From Deltaproteobacteria bacterium (lineage in GTDB: Bacteria; Desulfobacterota; Desulfobacteria; Desulfobacterales; ETH-SRB1): a stretch of 42,691 nucleotides of DNA. The stretch is taken from contig JAJSZP010000003.1 in assembly GCA_030262775.1 (NCBI GenBank), forward strand, positions 1 through 42,691. Reading direction: 5' to 3'. Positions 19,080-28,809 of the stretch are shown here, piece after piece (position 1 is the first letter of the stretch; each line of letters begins with the position of its first letter). The notes below the pieces were generated by a model that was not told the DNA's origin, searched no databases, and worked only from the letters and a program-made list of their open reading frames with translations. Made by a program: the position numbers and the translations under genes.

Positions 19080-20198
19080 TCAAATATCAGTGTGTTTTGT
19101 GTAAGAATAAGACATAAATTCATCAATCAAATGATCTGGTATTTCTAATTCATCCCTCAAAATAGATATTATCTCAGGCCTGCTATCTTGTTTCTCTTCC
19201 AACTCCATCTGTTTTAATGCCGTTTCTCTTGACATGTATCCCAGCCTAACCATGTTTGCATATCCATCCACATTATGGTTAAACCCCATCATAGCTTTAA
19301 AACAATGGTTTACTAAAGTATGATGTAAACGACAATCAAATCTCCAACTCGAAGTCTTCTCCTCAGGCTTTTTCCAATCCAACTCTTCCATCAATGTTTT
19401 CTTTATCTTTCTTCGATCCCATTCAATGTAATCATAGAGAAAAAATTCTTTAATATTTTTATTTTTATTAAGGGGATATACATGGCCTTTTATGTCTAAC
19501 AGGTTGTTCATTATGCTGGTTTTAGGGGTCCAATACTCTGTTCTTAAACGCAAAACATAATATAGAAATTTTATAACAGCCGGTTTGTTGATGGAAAATA
19601 AATGTTTCCGAATACCTTCGCGACCAAAAAACTCATTAGAAAACAGTTTATCCTCGAATGAGAATTCTTCTGCTTTGGAATGACCCCACAGGATTACAGG
19701 AATATTATTCTCTATGGCTGTTTTATGTAAAAGCCATTTTCCCCCGGTCATACAGGCGTAGCACATCCTCTGTTTCGCAAAAGTAGGCCCAAAGGGAATT
19801 GAAGCCTTTAGATGGTTTGATAGCAATTGTATGTCTACTTTGCTTCCGGCAGAGATATAATCAACATTTAAAATCTCGCAAGCCCTTTTTAAGTTAGCTA
19901 ATCCCTGGGGATGTCGAAATCCATTATCATAGTTTAGTGCTAATACATTAAGTTTAAATATCTTTTTAGCTGCATACAGGACAAACGTACTATCGCGTCC
20001 TCCACCTGTCCCCACAAGGCAATCGTATTTTCCACCCTTACTTTTATAGGCTGAAAGTATCTTTCTTAATTCGTCCTCACCTAAGGGCTGTTTTTTCTTG
20101 TAGTTTAAGCAGACATTACACACCCCATTTTCATCAAATGTTATATTTGGATAATTTTCAGGCAATACACACTTACTACATCTTTTTACGCCTATCAT
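19080..20198 (-). CDS. N-acetyl sugar amidotransferase-like PP-loop protein (WbpG/PseA-like)
   Basis: CSKCVLP...FDENGVCNVC, YDCLVGTGGGRDST, DNGF, C.AC, DC and a VR.G.MSR..AL tail. Confidence 0.8.
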   Translation of the reverse strand: MIGVKRCSKCVLPENYPNITFDENGVCNVCLNYKKKQPLGEDELRKILSAYKSKGGKYDCLVGTGGGRDSTFVLYAAKKIFKLNVLALNYDNGFRHPQGLANLKRACEILNVDYISAGSKVDIQLLSNHLKASIPFGPTFAKQRMCYACMTGGKWLLHKTAIENNIPVILWGHSKAEEFSFEDKLFSNEFFGREGIRKHLFSINKPAVIKFLYYVLRLRTEYWTPKTSIMNNLLDIKGHVYPLNKNKNIKEFFLYDYIEWDRRKIKKTLMEELDWKKPEEKTSSWRFDCRLHHTLVNHCFKAMMGFNHNVDGYANMVRLGYMSRETALKQMELEEKQDSRPEIISILRDELEIPDHLIDEFMSYSYTKHTDI

Positions 20199-20355
20199 AG
20201 TCTCATATCCTCACTCCTGATTACATATAACCGGGATCCAAGTTTTTTCTATCTGTTTATTATTATTTAAACCTTCTCAACACACACCGATTTAATTCCC
20301 TGTGTGTGCACATGGTTCCAGTTCATACCGAGGTTATTTAATTCATAATATTTGA

Positions 20356-20945
20356 TTATAAACTTACCAATTGTTCGGATTTTTCTCTGCCGATGATTTT
20401 CTCAGCAGCATCTATTCCTTTGATTAATGGGTAAGTACCACTCAGGCTTCCTGCATTTAGCTGAGTCAATGCGCCTTTTTGTATCAGCCCATTGATCTTA
20501 TTCGGCATCTGCTGTATTTCCAGATTTCTTTCAGAGTGAGCAATTATGGGTACTAGTCTGTTTATGAGTAATTTGAAGATTACTTCTTCGGCATATAATG
20601 GAATTTGGTATGCAGGTAATTCCAGTAAGATATATTTTTTTTATACTGGATTATCAGTTTGTTATGCCTTTCAATATATTCCGGAAGGTCATGAGAAATG
20701 AAAAATTCGGCCCCGACAATTATTTTTATATTAATTTTTCTGGAAATAATTTCTTTTTCCAGTTCACTGGCAACCTTGCAAATCCTATTGCATAAATCGC
20801 TGGATGGGATTTCAAGAATATGGGGTGTGGCAACTATTACCTTTATGCCTGCACCGGCAGCTTTTTCCACTATTTTTATGGATTCATCAATAGCCCATGG
20901 ACCGTCATCAATACCGGGAAGAATATCTGTATGGATATCAATCAA
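20356..20945 (-). pseudogene. CpsB/CapC-family PHP tyrosine phosphatase, degenerate
   Basis: IDIHTDILPGIDDG, ATPH and GAE. Frameshift at the T8 tract 20635-20642, then YILLELP, IIAHSERN, QLNAGSL. The xSDAH segment is missing. Confidence 0.85.
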
Positions 20946-20988
20946 TGTTTTTTTCTTCCGAATAGCCTGTTTTATAATAATATTGATA

Positions 20989-23019
20989 CTATCCGTCTGT
21001 TCCTAATTTGAACTTATTTAAAATCATCCCAATAAGATAAACATTTGCCTGGATCAAAAAATCTTTTAACTGGTAAAAAGCCTTGAGCGTTAATTTCTCA
21101 CTTTCTAATATCCCTATAGAGCCATCCACATATCCTGCCAATATTATGGCATCATTGGCCACAAGAACAGGTGGTGAATCAATTATAACCATGTCGTACT
21201 GTTCAGTGAGCTCTCCTATTAAATGTTTCATCTTATTAGATTCTATCAAACGTCCAGGATCGTGCGGAATGGGACCGCTGGTGAGCAAACTTAGACCTTT
21301 AATATCGGTTTTTATTATACTCTCTTTAAGGCCTGTCTCCTCCGCCAGGATGTTGGCAACGCCACGTAAGTTCGATACACCAAAAAATTGGTGAATAGCG
21401 GGTTTTCGAAGATCTGCATCTAAAACAACTACCCTCTTCCCTTCATGAGCAAATGAGATCGCCAAATTAATTGCAGTGGTGCTTTTACCCTCTTTTTCAA
21501 GTGCGCTGGTAACTATTAGGCTGGTTACCGGTTTATCCAGCGTAGCAAATTTAATACTATTCCGAATAGTTCGGTAAGATTCCGGTAACGGATTTTTAGG
21601 GTCCATTTCAGAAATTAATTTAGGTTGTCCCCTTCTGAACTTAGGAATCGTTCCTAATAAGGTAATCCCAAGATTCTTTACTTCATCAGACGTTTTTATG
21701 GTATCATCCAGGTAATCCACCATGAAGCCAAGACCCAACCCGAACATTAACCCCAAAAAAATACCCACGATACTGTTTAAGATAATGCTGGGACTCTCAG
21801 GATCGTCGATATCCGGCACTGTTGCTGCTTCTACCAACCTAATCTCAGAAATAGCCATAGCTTCCGCTATTCCGACTTGATAAAGACTTTCAAGGAGCGA
21901 GCTATAATGCTCTTGACTGACATTGTATTTTAATTCAAGTTGAGATTCTCTGAATACTTTATGAGGCATGACGCGTAATAACGATATATGACTTTTGATA
22001 TTTGTGTCGATGTTTTTACGTTGGGCTTTCAGCGCAGCAAGTTCTCTTTCAAAATCCTGCAAGCTTGTTGAGGTCTCCTGGAATACACTGATTTCAGTTT
22101 TCAATTCATCTCTGATTCTTGCTATCTTTTCGTTAATGGCTGCCACATCCGGATGAGCCGGCCTCTTTTCCATCAACATCCCTGCTAATTCCAACTCAAG
22201 ATCGGTTAAGGTTGTTTTGAGGTTTTTAATCTGGGGATTTTCAGTAATAGCGGAACTTGAGACCTTAGCGTCATTCTCTCTATCAAGTTGGCCTTTTAGT
22301 GTTTCTATTTCTGCCCTAACCCTGGAAATATTAAGAATATTATCCTCTTTCCCCTTTATCAAGTCCACCATTGTTTCTATAGCCACCCTGGTTTCTGTTT
22401 CCAAATCAACAGTGTCTTCCGCTATCATAAATTGTTTTATCTCATTCAAAAGATTGAAATAATCAGCCCTGGTCAATTTGATCTGATTTTCAATAAATCC
22501 TTTGGCGTTTCTGTATTCTTCCTTCATTTGACTGAGGTTATGTTCAATATATACCTCTGCCAAGCTGTTAGCAATTATCGCTGCCTCTTCCGCATCAGGT
22601 GACTGTGCCTTGATTTCAATTAAATCCGCATCCTCAATCTGTTCTAACTCTACATAGGCTTGCGGAAATATAGATGATACTATGAACTTTGATTTTTTCA
22701 ACTCACTGGGCTTCAACAAAGATCCATCTCTGGCCCTTAATTGTAATTTTGATATAACCTCTTCCAGAATTGGACCTACGATGGCCAGCTCCAAGCGCGT
22801 TTCAGTTTCCACTTCCTGCTGGTCGACACCTTGCAAACCAATAGTTGCCAAAAGAGATGATGCGGTATTTGAAGTTTTAGCGTATACTTTTGCAGACGTT
22901 TCGTACACAGAGGGGAGCAAGAAACTGCCTATTATAGCTGTAAGCGAAATAATTAAAAATGCCTGGATAATAATCCACTTTCTGCGACAGATGATTTCCC
23001 AAATTATTTTAAGTTCCAT
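20989..23019 (-). CDS. wzc: Wzc-type polysaccharide co-polymerase/BY-kinase, tyrosine cluster cut off by TAG
   Basis: Two TM segments flanking a coiled-coil periplasmic domain, ESYRTIR, Walker A EGKST, DADLRKP and IIDSPP. Confidence 0.93.
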   Translation of the reverse strand: MELKIIWEIICRRKWIIIQAFLIISLTAIIGSFLLPSVYETSAKVYAKTSNTASSLLATIGLQGVDQQEVETETRLELAIVGPILEEVISKLQLRARDGSLLKPSELKKSKFIVSSIFPQAYVELEQIEDADLIEIKAQSPDAEEAAIIANSLAEVYIEHNLSQMKEEYRNAKGFIENQIKLTRADYFNLLNEIKQFMIAEDTVDLETETRVAIETMVDLIKGKEDNILNISRVRAEIETLKGQLDRENDAKVSSSAITENPQIKNLKTTLTDLELELAGMLMEKRPAHPDVAAINEKIARIRDELKTEISVFQETSTSLQDFERELAALKAQRKNIDTNIKSHISLLRVMPHKVFRESQLELKYNVSQEHYSSLLESLYQVGIAEAMAISEIRLVEAATVPDIDDPESPSIILNSIVGIFLGLMFGLGLGFMVDYLDDTIKTSDEVKNLGITLLGTIPKFRRGQPKLISEMDPKNPLPESYRTIRNSIKFATLDKPVTSLIVTSALEKEGKSTTAINLAISFAHEGKRVVVLDADLRKPAIHQFFGVSNLRGVANILAEETGLKESIIKTDIKGLSLLTSGPIPHDPGRLIESNKMKHLIGELTEQYDMVIIDSPPVLVANDAIILAGYVDGSIGILESEKLTLKAFYQLKDFLIQANVYLIGMILNKFKLGTDG

Positions 23020-23112
23020 ATTTTAAATTTTACTTTCACCGTTTTACTTTCACTGATGAGAAGAGAAATGATTTTATTGCCAATCAGTCACTCAATACTA
23101 CTCAACTAATAT

Positions 23113-23652
23113 TCAATAACTTACAGAGCCTATTTTTTTCAAGGCGTTAGCCGCATTGGAACTGACATATTTATCCTTATCGTCCAACAGTGTTGTTAAT
23201 GCCGGAACAGCGCTTTTATCCTCAATATTTCCTAATGCCCAGATGGCGGTAAGCCGGACATCCTTATCTTGTAGAATTCTGATCAAATGCCTTACTGCTT
23301 TTGCGTTCTTTATCATTCCCAGCGCATCACATGACGCCGTTTTTATCTCTTTATCCTCTTCATTCAAGAGAGCAACTAATGCCTCAACAGAACTATCTTC
23401 TTCTATTTTACCTAAAGCCTCTATGGCATTTAGCCTGGTCTCTTTGAGCTGATCATTGTTTAAAAGTTCGATCAACATGGGAACAGCTCGTTTTTCTTCC
23501 TCTTCTCCAAGATAATATATGGCATTATTTATTACCATAGCATTTTCACTCTTCAAATCCTGTAGATATTTTTCGGTGTCGTTTAGACTACAGCCATAAT
23601 TAAGAAATAAAATTAAAGCTAATAAGCCACCCAAAATCTTTTTTTTAGACAT
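23113..23652 (-). CDS. HEAT-repeat lipoprotein
   Basis: Signal peptide with lipobox-like NYGC and repeated A..ALG.I....AV..L...L.D units. Confidence 0.85.
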   Translation of the reverse strand: MSKKKILGGLLALILFLNYGCSLNDTEKYLQDLKSENAMVINNAIYYLGEEEEKRAVPMLIELLNNDQLKETRLNAIEALGKIEEDSSVEALVALLNEEDKEIKTASCDALGMIKNAKAVRHLIRILQDKDVRLTAIWALGNIEDKSAVPALTTLLDDKDKYVSSNAANALKKIGSVSY

Positions 23653-23745
23653 TTTACCCTCAGAATCCTAAATTTTCTCCCATTTGTTAACAAAAAGCGC
23701 AAGTATAATAATCAGACTATTCTATAGTTTGTTAATTCCTCAATT

Positions 23746-24513
23746 TCATGGCGAAATAACAATATCCTTCTCATCTTCTTTTCCACGCAAAACATCTTCC
23801 ACTTCCGGCGCCATAATGATTCCTCTTTCCAGGCTTATAAAAGGAGTAATAATATTATTAAATCGCTGCATGAATCTTTCTAAATTAGCTATGAAGCTGG
23901 GAGGCACATAGATAATGTCACCGCTTCTTAAATGAATATCCTGATATATCTTCCCTGTCCTGAGCATATCATGGATATTTAAAGCAGCAACTCTGGCTGC
24001 ACCCTTTTCATTTCTTACCAGAAGGACCCCCTTTTCGTTGGCATCAGCAGTAAACCCTCCTGCCTGGGATATAGCTTCCCATGCCAACATCTTTTGATCC
24101 AGGATAAAAGTCCCTGGAGATTCAACCTCGCCGAGAATGTGGATCTTCCGGCTTTTTAAACTGGAAACGTTAATATCCACCTGCGGATCAATAAGGTATT
24201 TTGATAGCCCCGAAGCTATTTTTTCCCTTAATTGGGAAACGGTTAAACCTGATGCCTCAACTTTGCCCGCCAATGGAACGTAGATGTTTCCGGATGGGTC
24301 TATCTGAACTGTTCTTTTCAGATCCTCATGCCTCCAGACATTGATGGCAATCTCGTCGCCTGAGCCCAGGATAAACGAAGATGTGGGGAAGGCTGACTTT
24401 TTTTTGTCAATGATTCCCTTTTCCGTACCGCCTTCCTTGACTATTTTGTGGCCGGAACAGGCCATTGCTAACAACAGCAGCAATGGCCATATTATTTTGC
24501 AGCACTTTATCAT
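23746..24513 (-). CDS. wza: Polysaccharide export outer-membrane lipoprotein (OPX)
   Basis: Lipobox AMAC, LGSGDEI.I.VW, DPSGNIYVPLAG, SLBB motif GEVESPG, AGG and GDIIYVP. Confidence 0.92.
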   Translation of the reverse strand: MIKCCKIIWPLLLLLAMACSGHKIVKEGGTEKGIIDKKKSAFPTSSFILGSGDEIAINVWRHEDLKRTVQIDPSGNIYVPLAGKVEASGLTVSQLREKIASGLSKYLIDPQVDINVSSLKSRKIHILGEVESPGTFILDQKMLAWEAISQAGGFTADANEKGVLLVRNEKGAARVAALNIHDMLRTGKIYQDIHLRSGDIIYVPPSFIANLERFMQRFNNIITPFISLERGIIMAPEVEDVLRGKEDEKDIVISP

Positions 24514-24593
24514 CTCAATTCCTATATCAATTTAAATTAAATTAAATTTCGAATAATTCTTAGCCACAGACACGCACTAACGAACACAGACTT

Positions 24594-26129
24594 TCATTGA
24601 ATCATAAAATTCCTGATTTCACTTGGCTCTTCAGGGGCTGTGGGCCCGGGTTTACCCAACACCCTCCAGTAAATAATCCCATTAATTTGTTCCATCCTCT
24701 TGATTATCTTCCATATTCGTTGCCACGCGTCAACCTGAATGGCATCGGTCGAAGTATAGGTCATCAAGGATTGCCTTGGAACGGTGAGAGTGGGAAATCC
24801 GAAAACAAATGAGGATGTAGGTGAAAACTCCAGCTTAAAACGATACGTGGAATCGGCCTCCCATGCAAATGTCGCCGGTGGCGACTCCGGCAGGACCGCG
24901 CCATTATCTGGAGTCAGCAGGGTAATCTCATCAGTGGCGCTATAATACCAGCTTAAAAACTCGTCCCATTGTGTATCTGCGGGAAAATCTATTATCGAAC
25001 CGTTGTAATCGCTGTCAAAACCGGTTTCTGTCTCAGGAAAATAGATGGCCAAACCGTGTGAATTGGGCAGCCAGGTGCCGTGATATTCAGCTATTACAGC
25101 AGACTCAACGGCAGTCATAACATCAAAAGCTGTCGTCTGAATATCAGGGTCAGAAGATTCAATATAGAGCAAATCGGCAAAATGGTACAGGTCGATATTT
25201 TCAGGGCAATTATATTCCTGACTACCAGCCCTGGCAGCAGTAATCTCTGACTTATTCGAATCCATGGCTGCAGCAAGATCGTTAACGCAAGAAGCAATCG
25301 TATCCATAATACTTAAGTCAATTGCTGATTGCGTAGTTTCACTTGCAGAGCCATAAGACTCACCATAACGATTTACTATGGTTGCTCCCAGATCCGTGGC
25401 GCTCATGGTCGGTAAAGCCGACAGATCTTCTATAATTGTATCATAAGGCCATCCGTCACCAGGTTCGGAAGCTTCGGAAGCGACCATGACATTAGCAAGA
25501 TCCTTTATTTCATAGGCTACCTCTGTCATGCTCATTAAACAGGCATCAAAACCTGCAAGATCAACTTGTTGCCTTTCCGTTTTAATAGTATTAAGCGCAC
25601 TTTTCACCTCGCTCATATACAGACTGTCCCCGCCACTTGTATCATCCCAACAAACCGCCCTAAGGATAGGACGTTCAGGCACATATTCGACGCGCCAGCC
25701 TCCTCCGTGGTTCCACAGAATTACAGCATAGTTGCGGGCCGGATAGTTATCCATAGACCACTTGATAAAATCTATAAGAGTCTGAGGATCAGCCATATTA
25801 ACTTCTCGGCCGCCTGTTCCGTCACCCCAGTCGGAAATGGCATTTGCCACTGTGGGAGTCATGCCGGCCGTTACCAGAAACCTCTGGCAATCTGTCCAGT
25901 TGTCAAAACTGCTGTCTTCGCCGGGAATTCTGTCGAATTGAACCACTATGTTCACATTGGAATCAGAGCCTACAGATGACATCTCCAAAAAATCATCTAT
26001 GCCGGCGTCCTCTAAATTGTTATCTCCATCCAGATAGACCATAAATGTCCAATCAGCACACTTAGCATATTGAGGTAAAAACAGACCAAAAGCCAACAAA
26101 TAAAATAAAACAGACAATATTCTTTTCAT
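24594..26129 (-). CDS. Secreted clostripain-family (C11) cysteine peptidase with a C-terminal beta domain
   Basis: Signal peptide, WTFMVYLDGDNNLE, NHGGGW (catalytic His), FDACLM (catalytic Cys) and GLAIYFP. Confidence 0.92.
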   Translation of the reverse strand: MKRILSVLFYLLAFGLFLPQYAKCADWTFMVYLDGDNNLEDAGIDDFLEMSSVGSDSNVNIVVQFDRIPGEDSSFDNWTDCQRFLVTAGMTPTVANAISDWGDGTGGREVNMADPQTLIDFIKWSMDNYPARNYAVILWNHGGGWRVEYVPERPILRAVCWDDTSGGDSLYMSEVKSALNTIKTERQQVDLAGFDACLMSMTEVAYEIKDLANVMVASEASEPGDGWPYDTIIEDLSALPTMSATDLGATIVNRYGESYGSASETTQSAIDLSIMDTIASCVNDLAAAMDSNKSEITAARAGSQEYNCPENIDLYHFADLLYIESSDPDIQTTAFDVMTAVESAVIAEYHGTWLPNSHGLAIYFPETETGFDSDYNGSIIDFPADTQWDEFLSWYYSATDEITLLTPDNGAVLPESPPATFAWEADSTYRFKLEFSPTSSFVFGFPTLTVPRQSLMTYTSTDAIQVDAWQRIWKIIKRMEQINGIIYWRVLGKPGPTAPEEPSEIRNFMIQ

Positions 26130-26208
26130 TTTTTTTGCCCTTCTCCTTTTAAGCGTAGTGCCTAATACTACAAAATTTTCTATTTGAGAAAGTAAAGAAT
26201 TGCTCCAC

Positions 26209-26595
26209 TCATTTTAGAATAATTTTTTTTACCTTAATATATGGCGCTTTATCTTTAGACAATAGTAATTGACCCTTAACAACAATTTCAGTACCCAAAG
26301 TAACATTCTTTCCAAGCCCGGCTGGAAACTTTCCCGTGACATAGATTGCCCCTGTTGAGTCTTTAACCACCCAGTCGCTTCGGGTGATTAACGGGTTTTT
26401 CAGGCCTCCTCCCTGCCATCCACGATATCGTCCGCATACAGTGATTACCTCGTTCTCATACTTTTGGATATCTTTCCATATCTCGCCGATTGGCGTGTAT
26501 TCCAGGGGAGCATCCTGTTCATTTGACTGTACCCTGCCACAGGAAATCAATATCGTCAAGATCATAAAGATAAGTGTAAATTTTTTGTTTATCAT
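26209..26595 (-). CDS. Small lipoprotein, probable OB fold
   Basis: Lipobox LISC; I.EI......YE...ITV.G and D.TG.IYV.G pattern. Confidence 0.65.
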   Translation of the reverse strand: MINKKFTLIFMILTILISCGRVQSNEQDAPLEYTPIGEIWKDIQKYENEVITVCGRYRGWQGGGLKNPLITRSDWVVKDSTGAIYVTGKFPAGLGKNVTLGTEIVVKGQLLLSKDKAPYIKVKKIILK

Positions 26596-26661
26596 TGATT
26601 ATCACAAAATTTTTTGTATCTGTTCACGATTTATTTGATCCGGTTCTAAAATTTATCATAC

Positions 26662-28776
26662 TCAGTCTGCCATCTTCTCTATATTACACAAAAGCCCCCG
26701 CAGTTGATAGCTGCCAAAGGCCGGATCATAAGGCGGAGCGCTTGATGTTAAGACGTTAGCATTAGACTCCCATACTCCAAAATCCGGCCCCTCTCTTTCC
26801 GGAAACCACCATCCGTGATCAATATTAACTATTCCGCTTTGTATATCCTCTGTTACCACTGCTTTCATCTTTATCCTGCCACGGGGAGAACTCACGTAAA
26901 TCCAGTCTCCGTCAGCGATTCCATGAGAATCAGCTATGGCTGGATGGAGCTCAGCAGTTGGATCAGGCCTTTTTTTTCTCAAGGATTTTATCTGGCGATG
27001 TTCGCTGTGAAAAAACTCAAGCCTTCTGCTTCCAGTTGTTAGCACGTACGGGAAATCGTTTTTAAGCTCAGGTTGATTTATAGGACTCTCTGGTGGTTCT
27101 TTATATGTTGGCATTGGATCATAACCCAACCTTTCTAAGGCGTTGCAGAAAAACTCTACTTTCTTTGAAGGTGTCCTGAATCCATTTTTCTCGAACTTTC
27201 GGTACTCGTGGGGCGGGAACACCATGGATCTCTTTTTTAGTTCTTCAAACGTCAGGCCTAATGGCTCAAGTCGGTAATTTAGAATATCTTCCATTGTTTC
27301 TTCAGAACCAGGCAGGTTCAATCGTTTTGCCAAGTCTATTAAAATCTCTTCATCCTGCCTGCAAAGACCAACCTGAACCACTTTTTGCTGAGCAAAAACA
27401 GCGTTTTCAGCTACATAGGGGAGTTCAATTGTTTGATTGACTTCCGGCCAGAATGCAGCAGGTAAAAAATAATCAGCCAAAGCTGCTGTTGGAGTCATAA
27501 ACATATCAGCAACGACAAGTAAATCCAGATTTAACAGAGAATTATAAACTTCTTTTGAATTTGCTATTGTAACCATAGGATTACTGCCAAAGTTTAGAAG
27601 AGCTCTTATTGGATAGGGCTTGCCTGTTCGCATTGCTTTAAGTACGCCGGGAATATGTGCTGAAGGCAGAAATGCTCTGAATCCTCCCAACAGCTTAAAT
27701 TGTTCCCCGCCTATTCTTTTCTTTATCATCCCCTTTGGCAATTTGTCTTTTAAGACCGGATAAGGCCTGATAATATTCATGCCTAAGATATCACTGCCTG
27801 GTACATCTATATTACCGGTTAAACCTCTAAGCAAAGAAATTGCTCTAACCGTTTGCAAACTATTTGGAGTGTGTTCGATAGCTACGCCCCATTCTATAAC
27901 TGACGGCTTTTCAAGTGCATATTGCCTTGCCGCGGCGACAATTTTTTCAGCAGGAACCCAGGTAATTTCTTCAGCCCATTTGGGCGTATAGTTTGACACA
28001 TGTTCCTTTAGTCTATTGAATCCTTTTGTCCATCTTTCAACAAATTCCTTATCATAAATGCCTTGATTGATAATTACATGGGCCATGGCAAGAGCGAGTG
28101 CATCATCTGTGCCCGGTCTTGTCGGCAGCCACATTTTACAGCGTTTTGCTGTTTCAGATCTTCTAGGATCAATCGCAATGCCAAAACTGCCGGCCTTTAA
28201 TGCCCTTTTTACCGGAAACGATAGTTCCCCGTCCGGGCCAGTAACAACGGGATTATGTCCCCAAAACAAAATGGTCTTAGGGGTGACCTTGCCGTAGTAG
28301 TCTGCAACCACAAACCCGCCATAGGTCAGATGGCTTACTGTTATTCTGGGAATAAAACAATTCGCAAGTCCTGGCTCATACCAATTGGGAGTTCCAAGAG
28401 AATTGGCAAAACGTATAACATGAGTAAAATGGTGCCTGCCTGTTCCCTGACCTATGGCAATAGACTCAGGGCCTGATTCCTGCCTGATACTGTCAAGCTT
28501 ATTCGCAATTTCGTCTAAGGCCGTATCCCAACTAATTTCTTTCCAGCTATTAGAACCTCTGCTTCCAACCCTTTTCAAAGGGGTCAAAATCCTGGAAGGA
28601 TGATATATAATTTCAGGAGTAGAAAGTCCTTTAATACACATCTGTCCACGGTTAAAAGGAGAGTCGGGATTTGGCTTTACTCTTGTAAGCTTACCATCTT
28701 TTACAAATAAAAGAGCGCTGCATCCACCATGGCATACTCTGCAAACGCTTTTAAAAATTTCTTCTTTATCTTTCAA
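26662..28776 (-). CDS. Molybdo/tungsto-bis-PGD oxidoreductase, acetylene-hydratase-like clade
   Basis: CRVCHGGC...C [4Fe-4S] motif, ISWD.ALD, WG.NP, IDPRRS.TA, PGTD.AL and C-terminal HSEHRQI/HGWW. No Tat signal. Confidence 0.9.
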   Translation of the reverse strand: MKDKEEIFKSVCRVCHGGCSALLFVKDGKLTRVKPNPDSPFNRGQMCIKGLSTPEIIYHPSRILTPLKRVGSRGSNSWKEISWDTALDEIANKLDSIRQESGPESIAIGQGTGRHHFTHVIRFANSLGTPNWYEPGLANCFIPRITVSHLTYGGFVVADYYGKVTPKTILFWGHNPVVTGPDGELSFPVKRALKAGSFGIAIDPRRSETAKRCKMWLPTRPGTDDALALAMAHVIINQGIYDKEFVERWTKGFNRLKEHVSNYTPKWAEEITWVPAEKIVAAARQYALEKPSVIEWGVAIEHTPNSLQTVRAISLLRGLTGNIDVPGSDILGMNIIRPYPVLKDKLPKGMIKKRIGGEQFKLLGGFRAFLPSAHIPGVLKAMRTGKPYPIRALLNFGSNPMVTIANSKEVYNSLLNLDLLVVADMFMTPTAALADYFLPAAFWPEVNQTIELPYVAENAVFAQQKVVQVGLCRQDEEILIDLAKRLNLPGSEETMEDILNYRLEPLGLTFEELKKRSMVFPPHEYRKFEKNGFRTPSKKVEFFCNALERLGYDPMPTYKEPPESPINQPELKNDFPYVLTTGSRRLEFFHSEHRQIKSLRKKRPDPTAELHPAIADSHGIADGDWIYVSSPRGRIKMKAVVTEDIQSGIVNIDHGWWFPEREGPDFGVWESNANVLTSSAPPYDPAFGSYQLRGLLCNIEKMAD

Positions 28777-28809
28777 AATTAGTACCCGTTCACAGCAGAG
28801 AGCGCAGAG

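Noticed and set aside
18862-20385. Short shared string TTGTTCGGATTTTT at ~18867 and ~20371
   Set aside because: Short and AT-rich, with one copy inside the phosphatase relic. Probably chance.
26662-28776. True acetylene hydratase or respiratory reductase
   Set aside because: The catalytic Asp13 equivalent is His, and there is no Tat signal, Fe-S subunit or membrane anchor.
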